In this document: positions 12,395 to 24,580 of the stretch, piece after piece | Layout of the letters: each line of letters begins with the position of its first letter | Numbering within the stretch: position 1 is the first letter of the stretch | NCBI GenBank assembly: GCA_030141605.1 | Contig: JAQGDQ010001379.1 | Coordinates: 1-43,595 of the forward strand | DNA length: 43,595 bases | Source: Tubiluchus corallicola | Taxonomy: Eukaryota > Animalia > Priapulida | Reading direction: 5' to 3' | Translations under genes and position numbers: made by a program | Notes under the pieces: model-generated | Databases searched by the model: none | The model's input: the letters and a program-made list of their open reading frames with translations, nothing else | Told to the model about the DNA's origin: nothing

Positions 12395-12613
12395 ACTCTT
12401 AAGATCTTAAGCCACGGACATAATCTTAAGATTTGCTATTTAAAAACTGCTGGACTATTCATTTGACTACAGATTAGGCAAAACATTCCATTCCAAGCAA
12501 ATAAATAACTCTTAAGATCTTAAGCCACAGATATAATCTTAAGATTTGCTATTTAAAAACTGCAGAACTGTTCATTAGAGCACAGATTAGACGAAAACTT
12601 CAATTCCAAGCGA
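12395..12613. repeat. Diverged ~113-bp tandem duplication
   Basis: actcttaagatcttaagccac...ataatcttaagatttgctatttaaaaactgc occurs twice. Confidence 0.9.
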
Positions 12614-13024
12614 ACAACTAACCCTTCTTGCTATCGGGGCTAATTCGGAATAATTTCCAAAATATAAAAAAAGATTTCCGCGATTGACTGACGGGATGAA
12701 TTGCGCGGATACTATAGGCTGAGTCAACATAATACAAAGCAGTCAATTTCATATTCAATAACCGAGTGGAGTCGATTATTTTCATGGTAATGACACTCTT
12801 AATTTTGCTAAAATGTCTCCGCGACAACGTTAACGACAATGAAATGGAAAACTCGTCCGGATATTGATCAATCTGGGCTGAAAAGAGCATCCGATTCATC
12901 AACTTGCGTTGCCTACAGTCGCCGATTCAACAGACACGGTTTAGAGCTTCGCTGACCTGAACTGATGATGAATACGCTGTATAAATACACTAGTTTAACA
13001 TGCAATAAAATCCAAGCTAGCGTC

Positions 13025-13230
13025 CCACTGCTGTTTTGTGGTACGATCATGTCTCTCATGCGGAGTCCCACAGGGTTCCACTGTTGGGCCTTCGTTATTT
13101 ACGATGTGAGACGCGTTCAGCACGGGCCACTGCTGTTTTGTGATACGATCATGTCTCTCATGCGGAGTCCCACAAGGTTCCACTGTTGGGCCTTCGTTAT
13201 TTACGATGTGAGACGCGTTCAGCACGGGCC
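13025..13230 (+). mobile_element. Non-LTR RT relic duplicated in tandem (2 x 102 bp)
   Basis: Each copy encodes CGVPQGSTVGPSLF, the GVPQGS(V)LGP motif of LINE reverse transcriptases, followed by a stop. Confidence 0.7.
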
Positions 13231-13642
13231 GCTTTCCATCCTGTCTTTGTAGAACTCGCGTTAAGGTTCTAATTGCTATTCAGTCTGCAGTGTGCACATG
13301 GTCATCTACTTGACCAATACATTGACCACAATACTTGAACAATACATTGAAAATGGCACCAGATGATCTCGTATCATATGTACATCAACGTGAAGTAAAC
13401 AATCACGATAAATAATCATTGTTTACATGTGCCAAATGTTTTTTTATAATCAATAAAATATACACCTTAAGAAAAATTAGCATAATTATGGTACATTGTT
13501 TCCCTAGCCGATTTCATAGTTCTCATGTGTATGTGCATGATATTCCATAAATTAAAATTAGATCCATGACGTAATGTGCTGCAATAGACACACTGGACCT
13601 TGGTCATCAAGAATATGTACATTTGGATGATTACATCACATT

Positions 13643-14920
13643 TTAGGGGTGGTCAGTGTTGCTGACCGTTTGGTGCGTCAAAGGTGTGTTAACGTTTGGT
13701 TGTGGTGAATTTGGACTGGGTCTTTCGCTTTGGCTGTTCTCGGAATCGGAACTCGTCCCGCTCTTCTTGTCGCCGTTCTGGCTGTGGGTCTTCACGTGCT
13801 TGCTGAGATGATCGCTCCTCATGAAACGCTTGTTGCAGACGGGGCAGGCGAAGCGCTTCTCTCCGGTGTGCGTTCGTAGATGTCGCTGCAGCTCGTCGGA
13901 ACGCGTAAACCGTTTTCCGCAGAACAACCAATTGCAAACGAATGGCCGTTCTCCGGTGTGCCATCTCAGGTGAGCCTTTAGATGACTGGTTTTGCCATAA
14001 ACCTTGCCACAACCCGGAATGTGACAGCTATGGATGTTCTTCCTTCGCAGCGCAGCTCCTGCCGGACCCAGCCTTTCCGCCTCCTGACAGTTGGGGCAAT
14101 CGCAGGTGGCCCTTCCCGTGTAGCGACGCTGAGATCGAGGACTGGGTAGATTGGGCATTCCAGACGGGCGACTGAAAAATGGCGAGGACACACTCGTTGC
14201 ATCTGAGGGCAACATGGACTTGTACGTGTCTTGCAACAACTGAGGACCTGACGGTAATAGCGGATTCGAAGAAATGGCATGTGTCAGCGTGTAATCAGCA
14301 GATGTCGGATAATTAGCTGGTATCTGTGAATGAAGTCCGCTGGCCTGGTCCAGCCAAGAAGTTCCTCCTCCTGCAGCATGCACGTCCCAAGGCCATGAGG
14401 AACTTGAGGTGACAACTGGACTGGGCATTTCAGTCTTGATGGCAGGATGCGAGGTGGCGGCCACATTGAACGGCCACGTTGACTCGTATGTCGGATGCGT
14501 TGCCACGCCAACTCTAGAATACATGCTGGACATGCTGGTCATGTTGGACAAATGATTGTCCGTGTGCACTTTCTGTATAATAGCCGGCTGTGCTACACTG
14601 TCCGGCACGATTGACTGTGCGGTGGGAAAGAACATGTCGCCACCGTAACTCGTCGCACAGACGGTAGAGGACGCTGCAATGGCTGGGTTACTTCTGTAGT
14701 TTAACGCGTTTGTGGTAGCGGCTAGTCCGGATCGTTGAGTCAAGTGAGTGAGAGGAGTGGTTGCACTTCCCGTGTATGACGGTGCAGGCGACGTCTTCTT
14801 CCAGGGATGGAAACCTTTACCAACAGCGGCGTCTGCAAGGGGAGGTGGACTTTTACTCTGGATTTTGTTACATTGAGCTGCCAACATTGCAAGCGGAGTG
14901 CCTCCTAGTCTTGGAGGTTC
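13643..14920 (-). CDS. Sp6-9: Sp6-9 (Sp8/Sp9-like) C2H2 zinc-finger transcription factor, main terminal coding exon (425 codons + TAA)
   Basis: Translation shows the Sp box ([20 protein letters not shown]), GKGFHPWKK motif, Btd box ([10 protein letters not shown]) and three Sp-type fingers ([23 protein letters not shown]; [23 protein letters not shown]; [21 protein letters not shown]), all typical of the Sp6-9 clade. A phase-0 splice acceptor (ttctgtttttattttacag|GAA, AG at 14922-14921) sits just before EPPRLG, where Sp8/9 genes have an intron. Confidence 0.96.
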   Translation of the reverse strand, partial: EPPRLGGTPLAMLAAQCNKIQSKSPPPLADAAVGKGFHPWKKTSPAPSYTGSATTPLTHLTQRSGLAATTNALNYRSNPAIAASSTVCATSYGGDMFFPTAQSIVPDSVAQPAIIQKVHTDNHLSNMTSMSSMYSRVGVATHPTYESTWPFNVAATSHPAIKTEMPSPVVTSSSSWPWDVHAAGGGTSWLDQASGLHSQIPANYPTSADYTLTHAISSNPLLPSGPQLLQDTYKSMLPSDATSVSSPFFSRPSGMPNLPSPRSQRRYTGRATCDCPNCQEAERLGPAGAALRRKNIHSCHIPGCGKVYGKTSHLKAHLRWHTGERPFVCNWLFCGKRFTRSDELQRHLRTHTGEKRFACPVCNKRFMRSDHLSKHVKTHSQNGDKKSGTSSDSENSQSERPSPNSPQPNVNTPLTHQTVSNTDHP

Positions 14921-15024
14921 CTGTAAAATAAAAACAGAAAACATTTGAAAAACAGCACTTATTGCAAAGATTTCCTCTTCTTGTTGATTACATAAGCTGC
15001 ACAATAACGACGTGAAGGATTCGA

Positions 15025-15025
<1 letters not shown>

Positions 15026-15088
<63 letters not shown>

Positions 15089-15155
15089 ATTATTATTGTT
15101 GTTGTTGTTGTTGTTGTTCTTGTTGTTGTTGTTGTTGTTGTTGTTATTATTATTA

Positions 15156-15195
<40 letters not shown>
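15026..15195. repeat. Intronic (ATT)n(GTT)n microsatellite
   Basis: Direct reading; lies about 105 bp upstream of the Sp6-9 acceptor. Confidence 0.95.
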
Positions 15196-15196
<1 letters not shown>

Positions 15197-15347
15197 ACCA
15201 TTATACACTTGCTAACCAGTATCTTGTCTTTCACCTAAGACATTTTAACTTTAGAAATTAAAGGAAAACTAAACACAATATTATAGTGTAACTCAAAGCA
15301 ATCTACCCTATGACATATTGAAAGGAAGCGTGCTATTTATTAGGAGA

Positions 15348-15463
15348 TACGTTCGAGAGCGCATGCGTCGGCACAGTAAGCTTGAAATTTGAATTTTAAA
15401 GTTAAAATTTGCCGAATTTTTGTTTATCACACTGAATGTTGTAAAGTAGCGCTGCACTTCAAT
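15348..15463 (-). mobile_element. Family A degenerate fragment in Sp6-9 intron
   Basis: acgttcga..gatgcgt..tgaaatttgaat..cacactgaat..agtagcgctg(c/t)acttcaat is colinear with about 39885-39995. Confidence 0.55.
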
Positions 15464-16015
15464 GTCCCCCTTCCGAAAACGACCTTAACCTTTGACCTTT
15501 CAGCTGTGGGAAGCGAAGTAGTGACCTTCACTTTTGACCTTTCAACGTAGTGGTCACTCGCTCGCTCATTCTGCTCTTTAACAAATCGAGTTTTTTTAAC
15601 AGTACTTCAAGGACAACCCATTTTAACTAGCAGATATATATCTTTATGTCTGAAAGACAAAAGGACAGGCAGGAGAAAGCCATTGTGCTTGGAGCACCAA
15701 AAAAGCAGGGATATACTAATTATTTTATTACTGACTGGCCAGGTAAATGATCTGCATATTAAGCATAAAATGATCACCATTGATCAAGGTAATTGATTGC
15801 ATCACCTCAATTTAAAACACGTGACACACGTTACCCAATCAGCACCAAGGATAATGCCAAACGACAGGAAGCACGAGCAATATGCAGCATGCATGTATTC
15901 TTTAAAAAAATTAAAATTTATAATAATTTTGACAACTTCACAAACGTACAACTAGCTACATCTCGTTCTTCGTCTTTCCTACAGAGAATTGGCCAATGAC
16001 GGTAATCTGTTTGAT

Positions 16016-16140
16016 TGTAAGTTGACTGACCTGTTTAAAATTGATTTAATTTTTCTCACGTGGCTCCATCTGTTTGCTGGACAACGACTGTAAGTTGACT
16101 GACCTGTTTAAAATTGATTTATTTTTTCTCACGTGGCTCC
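16016..16140. repeat. Direct duplication, 73-bp period
   Basis: tgtaagttgactgacctgtttaaaattgattta...ctcacgtggctcc occurs twice. Confidence 0.9.
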
Positions 16141-16252
16141 GATAATCAAATGCCCCCACCCTCACCAGATGGGGTAAACCTAGGAGTGACGTCACGTGAT
16201 CACAGTGAAGCTTGTAAAAAGACAACTGTAATTTGGCAATTCAAAAACCAGA

Positions 16253-16503
16253 CGACTTAGTCTAGTGCTAACGCGACCGCTTTCCGACTGGTGGGACGTG
16301 CGTTCAATACTGGGGCCGGGTAAAACCAAAGATTTTTAAAATGTACCTGCCTGGCGCGTGCTATTTAGAGTAAAAGTGGGGGTAATAATAGTCTCTGTTA
16401 AGCCCTTTACCTCCCTTATTACTTATTTGCCTACTGACTGATTGGCTGACTAGCTGAGTTGCTGACTGACTGAGTGAATGAATGAATGACTAACTGACTG
16501 ACT
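16253..16503 (+). mobile_element. tRNA-derived SINE
   Basis: A-box-like TAGTCTAGTGC and B-box-like GTTCAATAC, then a body (ccgggtaaaaccaaagatttttaaaatg...ctgcctggcgc) and a (GACT/GAAT)n tail. Confidence 0.55.
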
Positions 16504-16847
16504 TATTAACTTACTGAGCAACTAATTATGTTATTCCAGAAAACATCTCTCAGAACAGCTGAGGAGGTAAGGAAATGCCGTAGGCTTTTAGAAGCGCTTC
16601 AAATGCAAGTTTGAATACCAGGCGATTTGTATGGAGCACAAATGGGCAAAACCCTAACACTTAAGGCGTTAACTGCAGGAAGGTATTAGTCTAAGAAACA
16701 CCTTTTAAAGCGCATCACACAGGCTGTAAATATAAAATTATTATTCTTAATTCAAGAAGAGTGTTCATTTCAGACAAAAAGCCAAATAATTTCCACAAAA
16801 AAGCAATTAAATCTAGCCATGTGTTTGTATGATGTGGCATTTATTAC

Positions 16848-16937
16848 CTGAGCGGTGTGGATTAATGTAAGTAGTTGTGGCAGGCCCGGAACGTGGCTAT
16901 TATTGAAGATAGTCCAAGAACGAGAGCCCCTGGATCC
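16848..16937 (-). CDS. Possible 90-nt phase-0 cassette exon of Sp6-9 (GSRGSRSWTIFNNSHVPGLPQLLTLIHTAQ)
   Basis: catcttttag| acceptor, CAG|GTAATA donor, length divisible by 3, stop-free in phase 0. The polypyrimidine tract is weak and the peptide is unrecognised. Confidence 0.25.
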
Positions 16938-17957
16938 CTAAAAGATGTTTTGTCACTTTAGGATGCGTACAGGTCTACATCTTCCATCAAATAGATAAAC
17001 AGCCATAAACAGATTTTCAATTGGTCACCAATCGAATTATCAACAAGTTCAACGTTGCCTAAATTTGGTCGCTAAGTACATGCTGTGACCACTCAGTTAT
17101 TTACTTCGCCATATAGATTGTCAAATACCAAGCGATAAATGAACCAGCCATGGTAAGACATTTTTACCAGAACTCTTCATTGCTTAACTGTTTAGCGAAA
17201 GATTATTAATTTTTACGTCTTATGCAGAAATCAAACATTTACCTAGCTTTCTTGGTACAACATGATTATAGTAACCCCTGTTTTAGGAATTTGTCAACAA
17301 CATAAAACCGATTTGTCCACTAAAGATGTTAAGAGTATAGTATGGTGGTGTAATCCAGTATTCAAGTATTCAGTAACCCTGTGGGGTTATACTAACAATA
17401 TTTGTTCTATTTAATATGATTTCCACGCTTTCCTACAGAGGTTCAAGTGCATGCCCTTTTTGGCAAACTCAAACTATCAATAAAAACCTGCAATAAAATT
17501 TTATTTTCTTCTCAGCTTTTATATACCAGCCTGGCCATATTAAATTCCACATTTTACCTGGGCTGGTAGAAAGACATTAAAAGATTACGTGTTTACTGCT
17601 TTCGAATTTCGAACTGTTTATAAAAAAGTACCTAATTCTGTTTTGACCCATTCAGAAGCTGTTGTCTCATTAAAACTTCTTACATGAACGACAAAAATCT
17701 GATTTCTTTCTTAAGTAATAATTTTAAATTATTAGAATTATATAAGGTAACATACAACTTGATGCAAAGATGAGAGAAATTAATGCGGAAAAAGGTGCAG
17801 AAACATGCCTTCCGATAACGAAAGTTGTTAAAATTTAAAACAAAAAACAACGAAAAAGTTGACTAAAAAGTGTTACTTATAAAAAGTTCTAAATCGTACT
17901 TATTAATCACCAGTTGTAAAAAATACAAATAGTGATTGTAATATAAAAAATCAAAAT

Positions 17958-18011
17958 GATCATTAATATGCAACAGAGAAGAGGGCCCAAGAGGGAACCT
18001 TGTGGAACACC
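17958..18011 (-). mobile_element. Non-LTR RT relic
   Basis: Minus strand reads GVPQGSLLGPLL, then IND after a frameshift. Confidence 0.65.
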
Positions 18012-18859
18012 CTAAAGACAACAGTGATCTTGATTTTTTTATATTGCACTTTTAAGTAAACTTGACCATTATTGACAGACAAGCCTCTTATGTCATAAGC
18101 GCTAATTTTACCTAAAATATAGGTAAGTATGGGTAAAATATAGGTATTTTACCAATTAGACGATACCAAAAAAAAAAATTACTAAAAGTTTAACAGTGAC
18201 GATGGCGGCAGTGAGCTGGAACAAGCGAGTTGTCGGTTGTTAAGCTGTCGTAACATACAACTTGATACCAAAGATGTTGCAACCTGGACATTTAGCAAAA
18301 ATATTTTTAAAAACGACTAGTCTTGCATATTGAAAAGTGAGTTACACAATGAAGCAATTAACATCTTTTAACAGAAAAAAATACAGAAATATATAGGTGT
18401 TTTTTGTGGCACCTCGGATAATCACAGTTTGACAAAAATGCTAAACGATGTTAGAGAATTGGTTGAAGGTTATAATGTCACCGATTAGACGCGCCCAACG
18501 ATTCTCCGTCCTACTAAATCTATGAGATATTTACATGTTAAATTGACCATGCGCTCGTTGATATGGTGGGTCTTTCTTCGGTTGCCAACTTGGCGAGAAT
18601 TTATTGCCAGGGTAGTATAATACGCATCGTCTAGAGTCCATTGCCAAATCTGTGGAACATGGTCGACTGGTTAATGCGGAAAATATGGTAGTAAAAATGC
18701 GTGCGATGTTACGCGGGGTATATGAACCATGCGGTAGTTGTATTGTAGACGTTGATACTGTTCGTAAATTGATCATAAATACTTTTATGCTGCAGGCGTC
18801 GTAAAAATGCGGCGTGTTTTATCTGTCGCAAGGCAGTCTGCGTTCAGAGCAGAGGCAAT

Positions 18860-18903
18860 GCGTTGACGTCTCTGGGAAGCGTTTGGGAGCAGATCTATTT
18901 ATA
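18860..18903 (-). promoter_or_regulatory. Candidate alternative TATA promoter
   Basis: Minus-strand TATAAATAG at 18903-18895, an A 30 nt downstream (18873), a CRE-like TGACGTC nearby, then about 350 bp of unique, GC-richer sequence. Confidence 0.3.
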
Positions 18904-19026
18904 GAAAGTATGAAAAAGAGGTACAAATAAGTTGTGGTTTAGTAGGATTGATTTAAAAAAAATAGAAATGTACTGAGTTTGTACATATTTGTACAATTGT
19001 ACTGTTTGAAACTAGTAAACCGGTTC

Positions 19027-19187
<161 letters not shown>

Positions 19188-19807
19188 CCATTATTTATTT
19201 TACTTCAGCTATTTATAGTCCATATAATAAGAATAAAAATGTGGCGCAAGGAAAAACTATCAATAAGGTATTAAATTCTAAAATGAAAATAGAAAATGTT
19301 AAACTTTAGTACTATTATATCTAAATAATGTATGTTAATAATCTGTATGTAGGCGGTTTGTTCTTGAATCAGATTCGTTGATGAAATCATATTTATTAAT
19401 AGATACATATATATGTTTATCTCACATATGTTAGCAAACACGTTGTACTGGGTTAGTATATTTTTATAGGTGTAAATAAAAAATAAAAAATACATGAAGC
19501 AAATTGTTTGATTCAAATAAGAATAAAATGGAGTAAACATAAAAGAGTAATTTGGAGTAAACATAAAAGAGTAATTTGGAATAAACATAAAAGAGTAATT
19601 TGGAGTAAATATAACACAAGGATAACATACATAATAAATTGCTATGTAGACTAAAATACCACGATTATTACATCAGTATATGAGTCCATATTTGGCATTA
19701 ACTCAACCCTTAATGACCAATTTTACGATATGTAATTTTGCAAAAGTTATTTCACAAAGAAATCACGTTAGTTATTACATAAAGAATACCCACATAATAG
19801 TGAGTAG

Positions 19808-20565
19808 TTGCGTACTCTGAGCCATTAATGACGAAAGCAAAAACTGTGCAAATTTTACGTACTCTGAACCATTATTGACGTAAGCAAAAAGTGTGTAAAT
19901 TTTACGTACTCTGAACCATTAATGACGTAAACAAAAAGTGTGCAATTTTACAATTTGCGTACTCTGAGCCATTAATGACGAAAGCAAAAACTGTGCAAAT
20001 TTTACGTACTCTGAACCATTATTGACGTAAGCAAAAAGTGTGTAAATTTTACGTACTCTGAGCCATTAATGACGTAAGCAAAAACTGTGCAATTTTACAA
20101 TTTGCGATCTCTGAGCCATTAATGACGTAAGCCAAAAAGTGTGCAATTTTACAATTTGCGTACTCTGAGCCATTAATGACGTAAGCAAAAACTGTGCAAT
20201 TTTACAATTTGCGATCTCTGAGCCATTAATGACGTAAGCCAAAAAGTGTGCAATTTTACAATTTGCGTATTCTGAGCCATTAATGACGTAAGCAAAAAGT
20301 GTGCAATTTTACAATTTGCGTACTCTGAGCCATTAATGACGTAAGCCAAAAAGTGTGCAATTTTACAATTTGCGTACTCTGAGCCATTAATGACGTAAGC
20401 AAAAACTGTGCAATTTTACAATTTGCGTACTCTGAGCCATTAATGACGTAAGCAAAAAGTGTGCAATTTTACAATTTGCGATCTCTGAGCCATTAATGAC
20501 GTAAGCAAAAACTGTGCAATTTTACAATTTGCGATCTGTGAGCCATTAATGACGTAAGCAAAATG
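19808..20565. repeat. 53-bp satellite, array 1 (about 15 copies, some 45-bp deletion variants)
   Basis: Unit gcgtactctgagccattaatgacgtaagcaaaaa(c/g)tgtgcaattttacaattt. Confidence 0.95.
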
Positions 20566-21267
20566 TGTGTATAAATCAGAAGAATATTACATGAGCAAAC
20601 AAGATCGATAGAAGTGCAATCAAATCTGCAAAGGCAAAACGCATCTTCGTTAAAAGAAATGTTCTGCGTCGCAATTACGTCCAATTATTTTTTATGATCT
20701 AATGATAATGATAAGGCTGAAGTAACGAGAGAAATCAAACGCAATTTCCTTAGTGTAAACACCTTAATGCAATGCCCTTTTCCAATGGACGTGCTTTAGT
20801 CCTTCAAAACAAGAAAAGCTAATTTGCAAAACTTGAAATTTCAATAGAAATTATCCTTAGAGACGAATGTCTCTTCATCGCAGCCCATAAATTTTCCAGG
20901 AAAATTATTGATTGGCAACGAGGCATTGTTGTTGTTCATTGGAGTTTTTTGATTATGAATGTTATTGATTTCACATCGAGTCTAATTTGAGCGTGATTAT
21001 GCACACATTATGCGTGAGAGAGCACGCACAATTACTGGTTTATTTGATGATAAATCTTCTTCTTTTTTGAATTGCCAAAACTAAAACATTTAAGTGTATC
21101 ACCATCACCGTCACCGTTACCGTCACCGTCACCGCCATCGTCATCGTCACCGTCACTATCACTATCACTGTTGCTATTATTGTTATTACTTTGTATTTTT
21201 GCAGTGTCTTGGACGGATAAAAATCACTTTACTTGAATTACTTTACTAAGGACTCAAGCAACGCAGA

Positions 21268-22449
21268 CCCATTAATGACGTAAGCAAAAACTGTGTAATT
21301 TTACAATTTGCGTACTCTGAGCCATTAATGACGTAACCAAAAACTGTGCAATTTTACAATTGTCGTACTCTGAACCATTAATGACGTAACCAAAAACTGT
21401 GCAATTTTACAATTTGCATACTCTGAGCCATTAATGACGTAAGCAAAAAGTGTGCAATTTTACAATTTGCGATCTGTGAGCCATTAATGACGAAAGCAAA
21501 AACTGTGCAATTTTACAATTTGCGTACCCTGAACCATTAATGACGAAAGCAAAAACTGTGCAATTTTACAATTGTCGTACTCTGAGCCATTAACGACGTA
21601 AGCAAAAAGTGTGCAATTTTACAATTTGCGTACTCTGAGCCATTAACGACGAAAGCAAAAAGTGTGCAATTTTACAATTTGCGTACTCTGAGCCATTAAC
21701 GACGTAAGCAAAAACTGTGCAATTTTACAATTGTCGTACTCTGAGCCATTAGTGACGTAAGCAAAAAGTGTGCAATTTTACAATTTGCGTACTCTGAGCC
21801 ATTAACGACGAAAGCAAAAATTGTGCAATTTTACAATTTGCGTACTCTGAGCCGTTAATGACGTAAGCAAAAAGTGTGCAATCTTACAATTTGCGTACTC
21901 TGAGCCGTTAATGACGTAAGCAAAAATGTGCAATTTTACAATTCGTACTCTGAGCCTTAATGACGTAAGCAAAAATGTGCAATTTTACAATTGGTTGGTT
22001 TGGGTGTGTTTTTTTGCGTACTCTGAGCCTTAATGACGAAAGCAAAAATGTGCAATTTTACAATTCGTACTCTGAGCCATTAAGACGTAAGCAAAAATGT
22101 GCAATTTTTTGTTTGGTGGAAGCAAAAAGTGTGCAATTTTACAATTTGCGTACTCTGAGCCGTTAATGACGTAAGCAAAAAGTGTGCAATTTTACAATTT
22201 GCGTACTCTGAGCCGTTAATGACGAAAGCAAAAACTGTGCAATTTTACAATTGTCGTACTCTGAGCCATTAATGACGTAAGCAAAAAGTGTGCAATTTTA
22301 CAATTGTCGTACTCTGAGCCATTAATGACGAAAGCAAAAACTGTGCAATTTTACAATTGTCGTACTCTGAGCCATTAATGACGAAAGCAAAAACTGTGCA
22401 ATTTTACAATTGTCGTACTCTGAGCCATTAATGACGTAAGCAAAAACTG
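21268..22449. repeat. 53-bp satellite, array 2 (about 22 copies)
   Basis: Same unit and orientation as 19808-20565. Confidence 0.95.
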
Positions 22450-22460
22450 CCGCTACTCAC

Positions 22461-22541
22461 GCAAACTTCTAAAGTGAAGCCATTCTGACAGCCCTCCGAA
22501 CAACGTCCTCTCCACTCTGCTGATGCAAGCAGGACCTCCAT
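22461..22541 (-). CDS. Candidate first coding exon of Sp6-9 (MEVLLASAEWRGRCSEGCQNGFTLEVC)
   Basis: ATG in good Kozak context (ccATCATGG), then 27 open codons, then a consensus GTGAGT donor (22460-22455) in phase 0 matching the 14920 acceptor. TATA and Inr-like elements lie just upstream. I do not recognise the peptide as conserved, so this is inference. Confidence 0.45.
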
Positions 22542-22554
22542 GATGGACAAACAC

Positions 22555-22730
22555 CACAGAATGTCCACCGGACGATTCTGCTGCCATATTTATACTCAAG
22601 TTCTGAGGCGAATATGACGGACAAACAGACGTAGTTGGCAAATATAAAGCAAACAATACAGCAAACGTCAGTTCTACTAGGCAAACTTTGAATTGTTGGA
22701 AGACCGGGTGGCCGCTAGTAGGCGTGGTCG
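22555..22730 (-). promoter_or_regulatory. Candidate core promoter (TATA + Inr-like + Sp/KLF-like site)
   Basis: Minus-strand TATAAATA at 22594-22587. Inr-like CATTC with A at 22562 (32 nt downstream). GGCGTGG at 22721-22727. Confidence 0.45.
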
Positions 22731-23033
22731 GCCTGCCGTCGGGGGTGCCAGGCAGTAGATCAAATGAAATTTCTAGAAAGTTAATTGCACAAGACCAAAG
22801 TATTGTATGTCAACGTGAAGTCAGAGAAATGAGCAGAGACAAAAATGACGGTTATGAACGTTAAGATACTTCTGCTTCCATATTTGTCATCAAATTTATT
22901 ATATTTTTAAATTCAAGGATGTTTTTAAATTCAAGGAAACTTTTGTTACTTTTGATGTTTTTGATCTTGCTAATTGAAAATGAATTTTTCCTTGACTAGT
23001 TGAAGACATAATGAAGATATATTTTCTTTCCTC

Positions 23034-23570
<537 letters not shown>

Positions 23571-24207
23571 GCCGCTGTTTATCTTCAAGAAATATACAAC
23601 TTTTTTGCGGGTATGATAAATTTATATATCATTTTATAAAAAATATGTTCGCATTACATTATTATACAGGTGCTATGATTTTTTCATCGCTAGGATAAAT
23701 ATATAAACTCTTCAAAATCTATTTTAAAAGAAAAAAATATTCGTACTCTTACCTACAGTTAATTGATATATTGGCGAATATATTTATAAGAATTTTTATC
23801 TTAAATCGTTTAGCTTGTCACTGAGAGCTATTTTTGAAATTTACGAATTTGAAAAAAAAATCAGCCTGTTTAGGTAATTAGATTGAAGTGAAAATACAGA
23901 CAGACAAACAGGCACATAAACACGTAAATGACTTGTTTAAAGACTCGGTAGGACCGCAACTGCTCAGTCAACATGTGAATATTGGGACAACAAACATGTT
24001 ATGGGCCACTAAACATAAAACAGTAAACATATAAAAACATACACATACAACTTTACGCACTCGTAAACTGGAAACAACCCCCCATGTACCTGAGCAGGAG
24101 AGAGACGGAGGTGTCGTAAAAATCCCCTCTTTCAAAACTAGCACCTGAGATTATTCGATTCTCATTCGCTTCGGGCAGATTTCGCAAAACATCATAAAAC
24201 AGGGTAA

Positions 24208-24580
24208 ATTGCAGAGTCAACATGTTCAACATCTCTTCTGTATCAGAGGTACTCAGGCTATAGAATGGGAGGCTGAGGACGTTCAGGTGTTTCGTTTGAC
24301 CACCACCAGGGGGACGATGTACATCTATGAAGAAAAACTATGGAGGTCTAGTTTTGTAAATTAGTTCCAACGTGATCACATTTTTAAATGAATTGCAGAG
24401 ACAACATGTTCAACATCTCTTCTATATCAGGGGTACTCAGCTACAGAATGGGAGGCTGAGAACGTTCAGGTGTTTCGTTTGACCACCACCAGGGGGACAA
24501 TGTACATCTACGAAGAAAAACTACGGAGGTCTTGAAACTAAGTTGGGTAAATTAGTTTCAACGTGAACACATTTTTAAAT
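24208..24580. repeat. 183-bp tandem duplication
   Basis: aattgcagag(t/a)caacatgttcaacatctcttct at 24208 and 24391. Confidence 0.9.

Noticed and set aside
11672-13642. Sp6-9 polyadenylation site
   Set aside because: I found no minus-strand AATAAA close to the stop (nearest seen about 11971 and 11672), so the 3' end cannot be called from sequence.
13689-14511. Overlapping alternative-frame and antisense ORFs within the Sp6-9 exon
   Set aside because: Expected shadows of a GC-richer coding exon; no recognisable motifs.
14921-15208. Poly-Asn N-terminal extension of the 521-aa ORF
   Set aside because: It is an intronic (ATT/GTT)n microsatellite read in frame. A strong acceptor at 14922-14921 marks where Sp homology starts.
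21990-22120. G/T-rich interruptions (tggttggtttgggtgtgttttttt) in the 53-bp array
   Set aside because: They coincide with single-base drop-outs in neighbouring units and look like low-quality consensus or assembly noise rather than biology.
19808-22449. CRISPR-like appearance of regular repeats (also 10605-11383, 28521-28960, 38110-39264)
   Set aside because: Units are head-to-tail with no unique spacers, there are no cas genes, and the context is eukaryotic.
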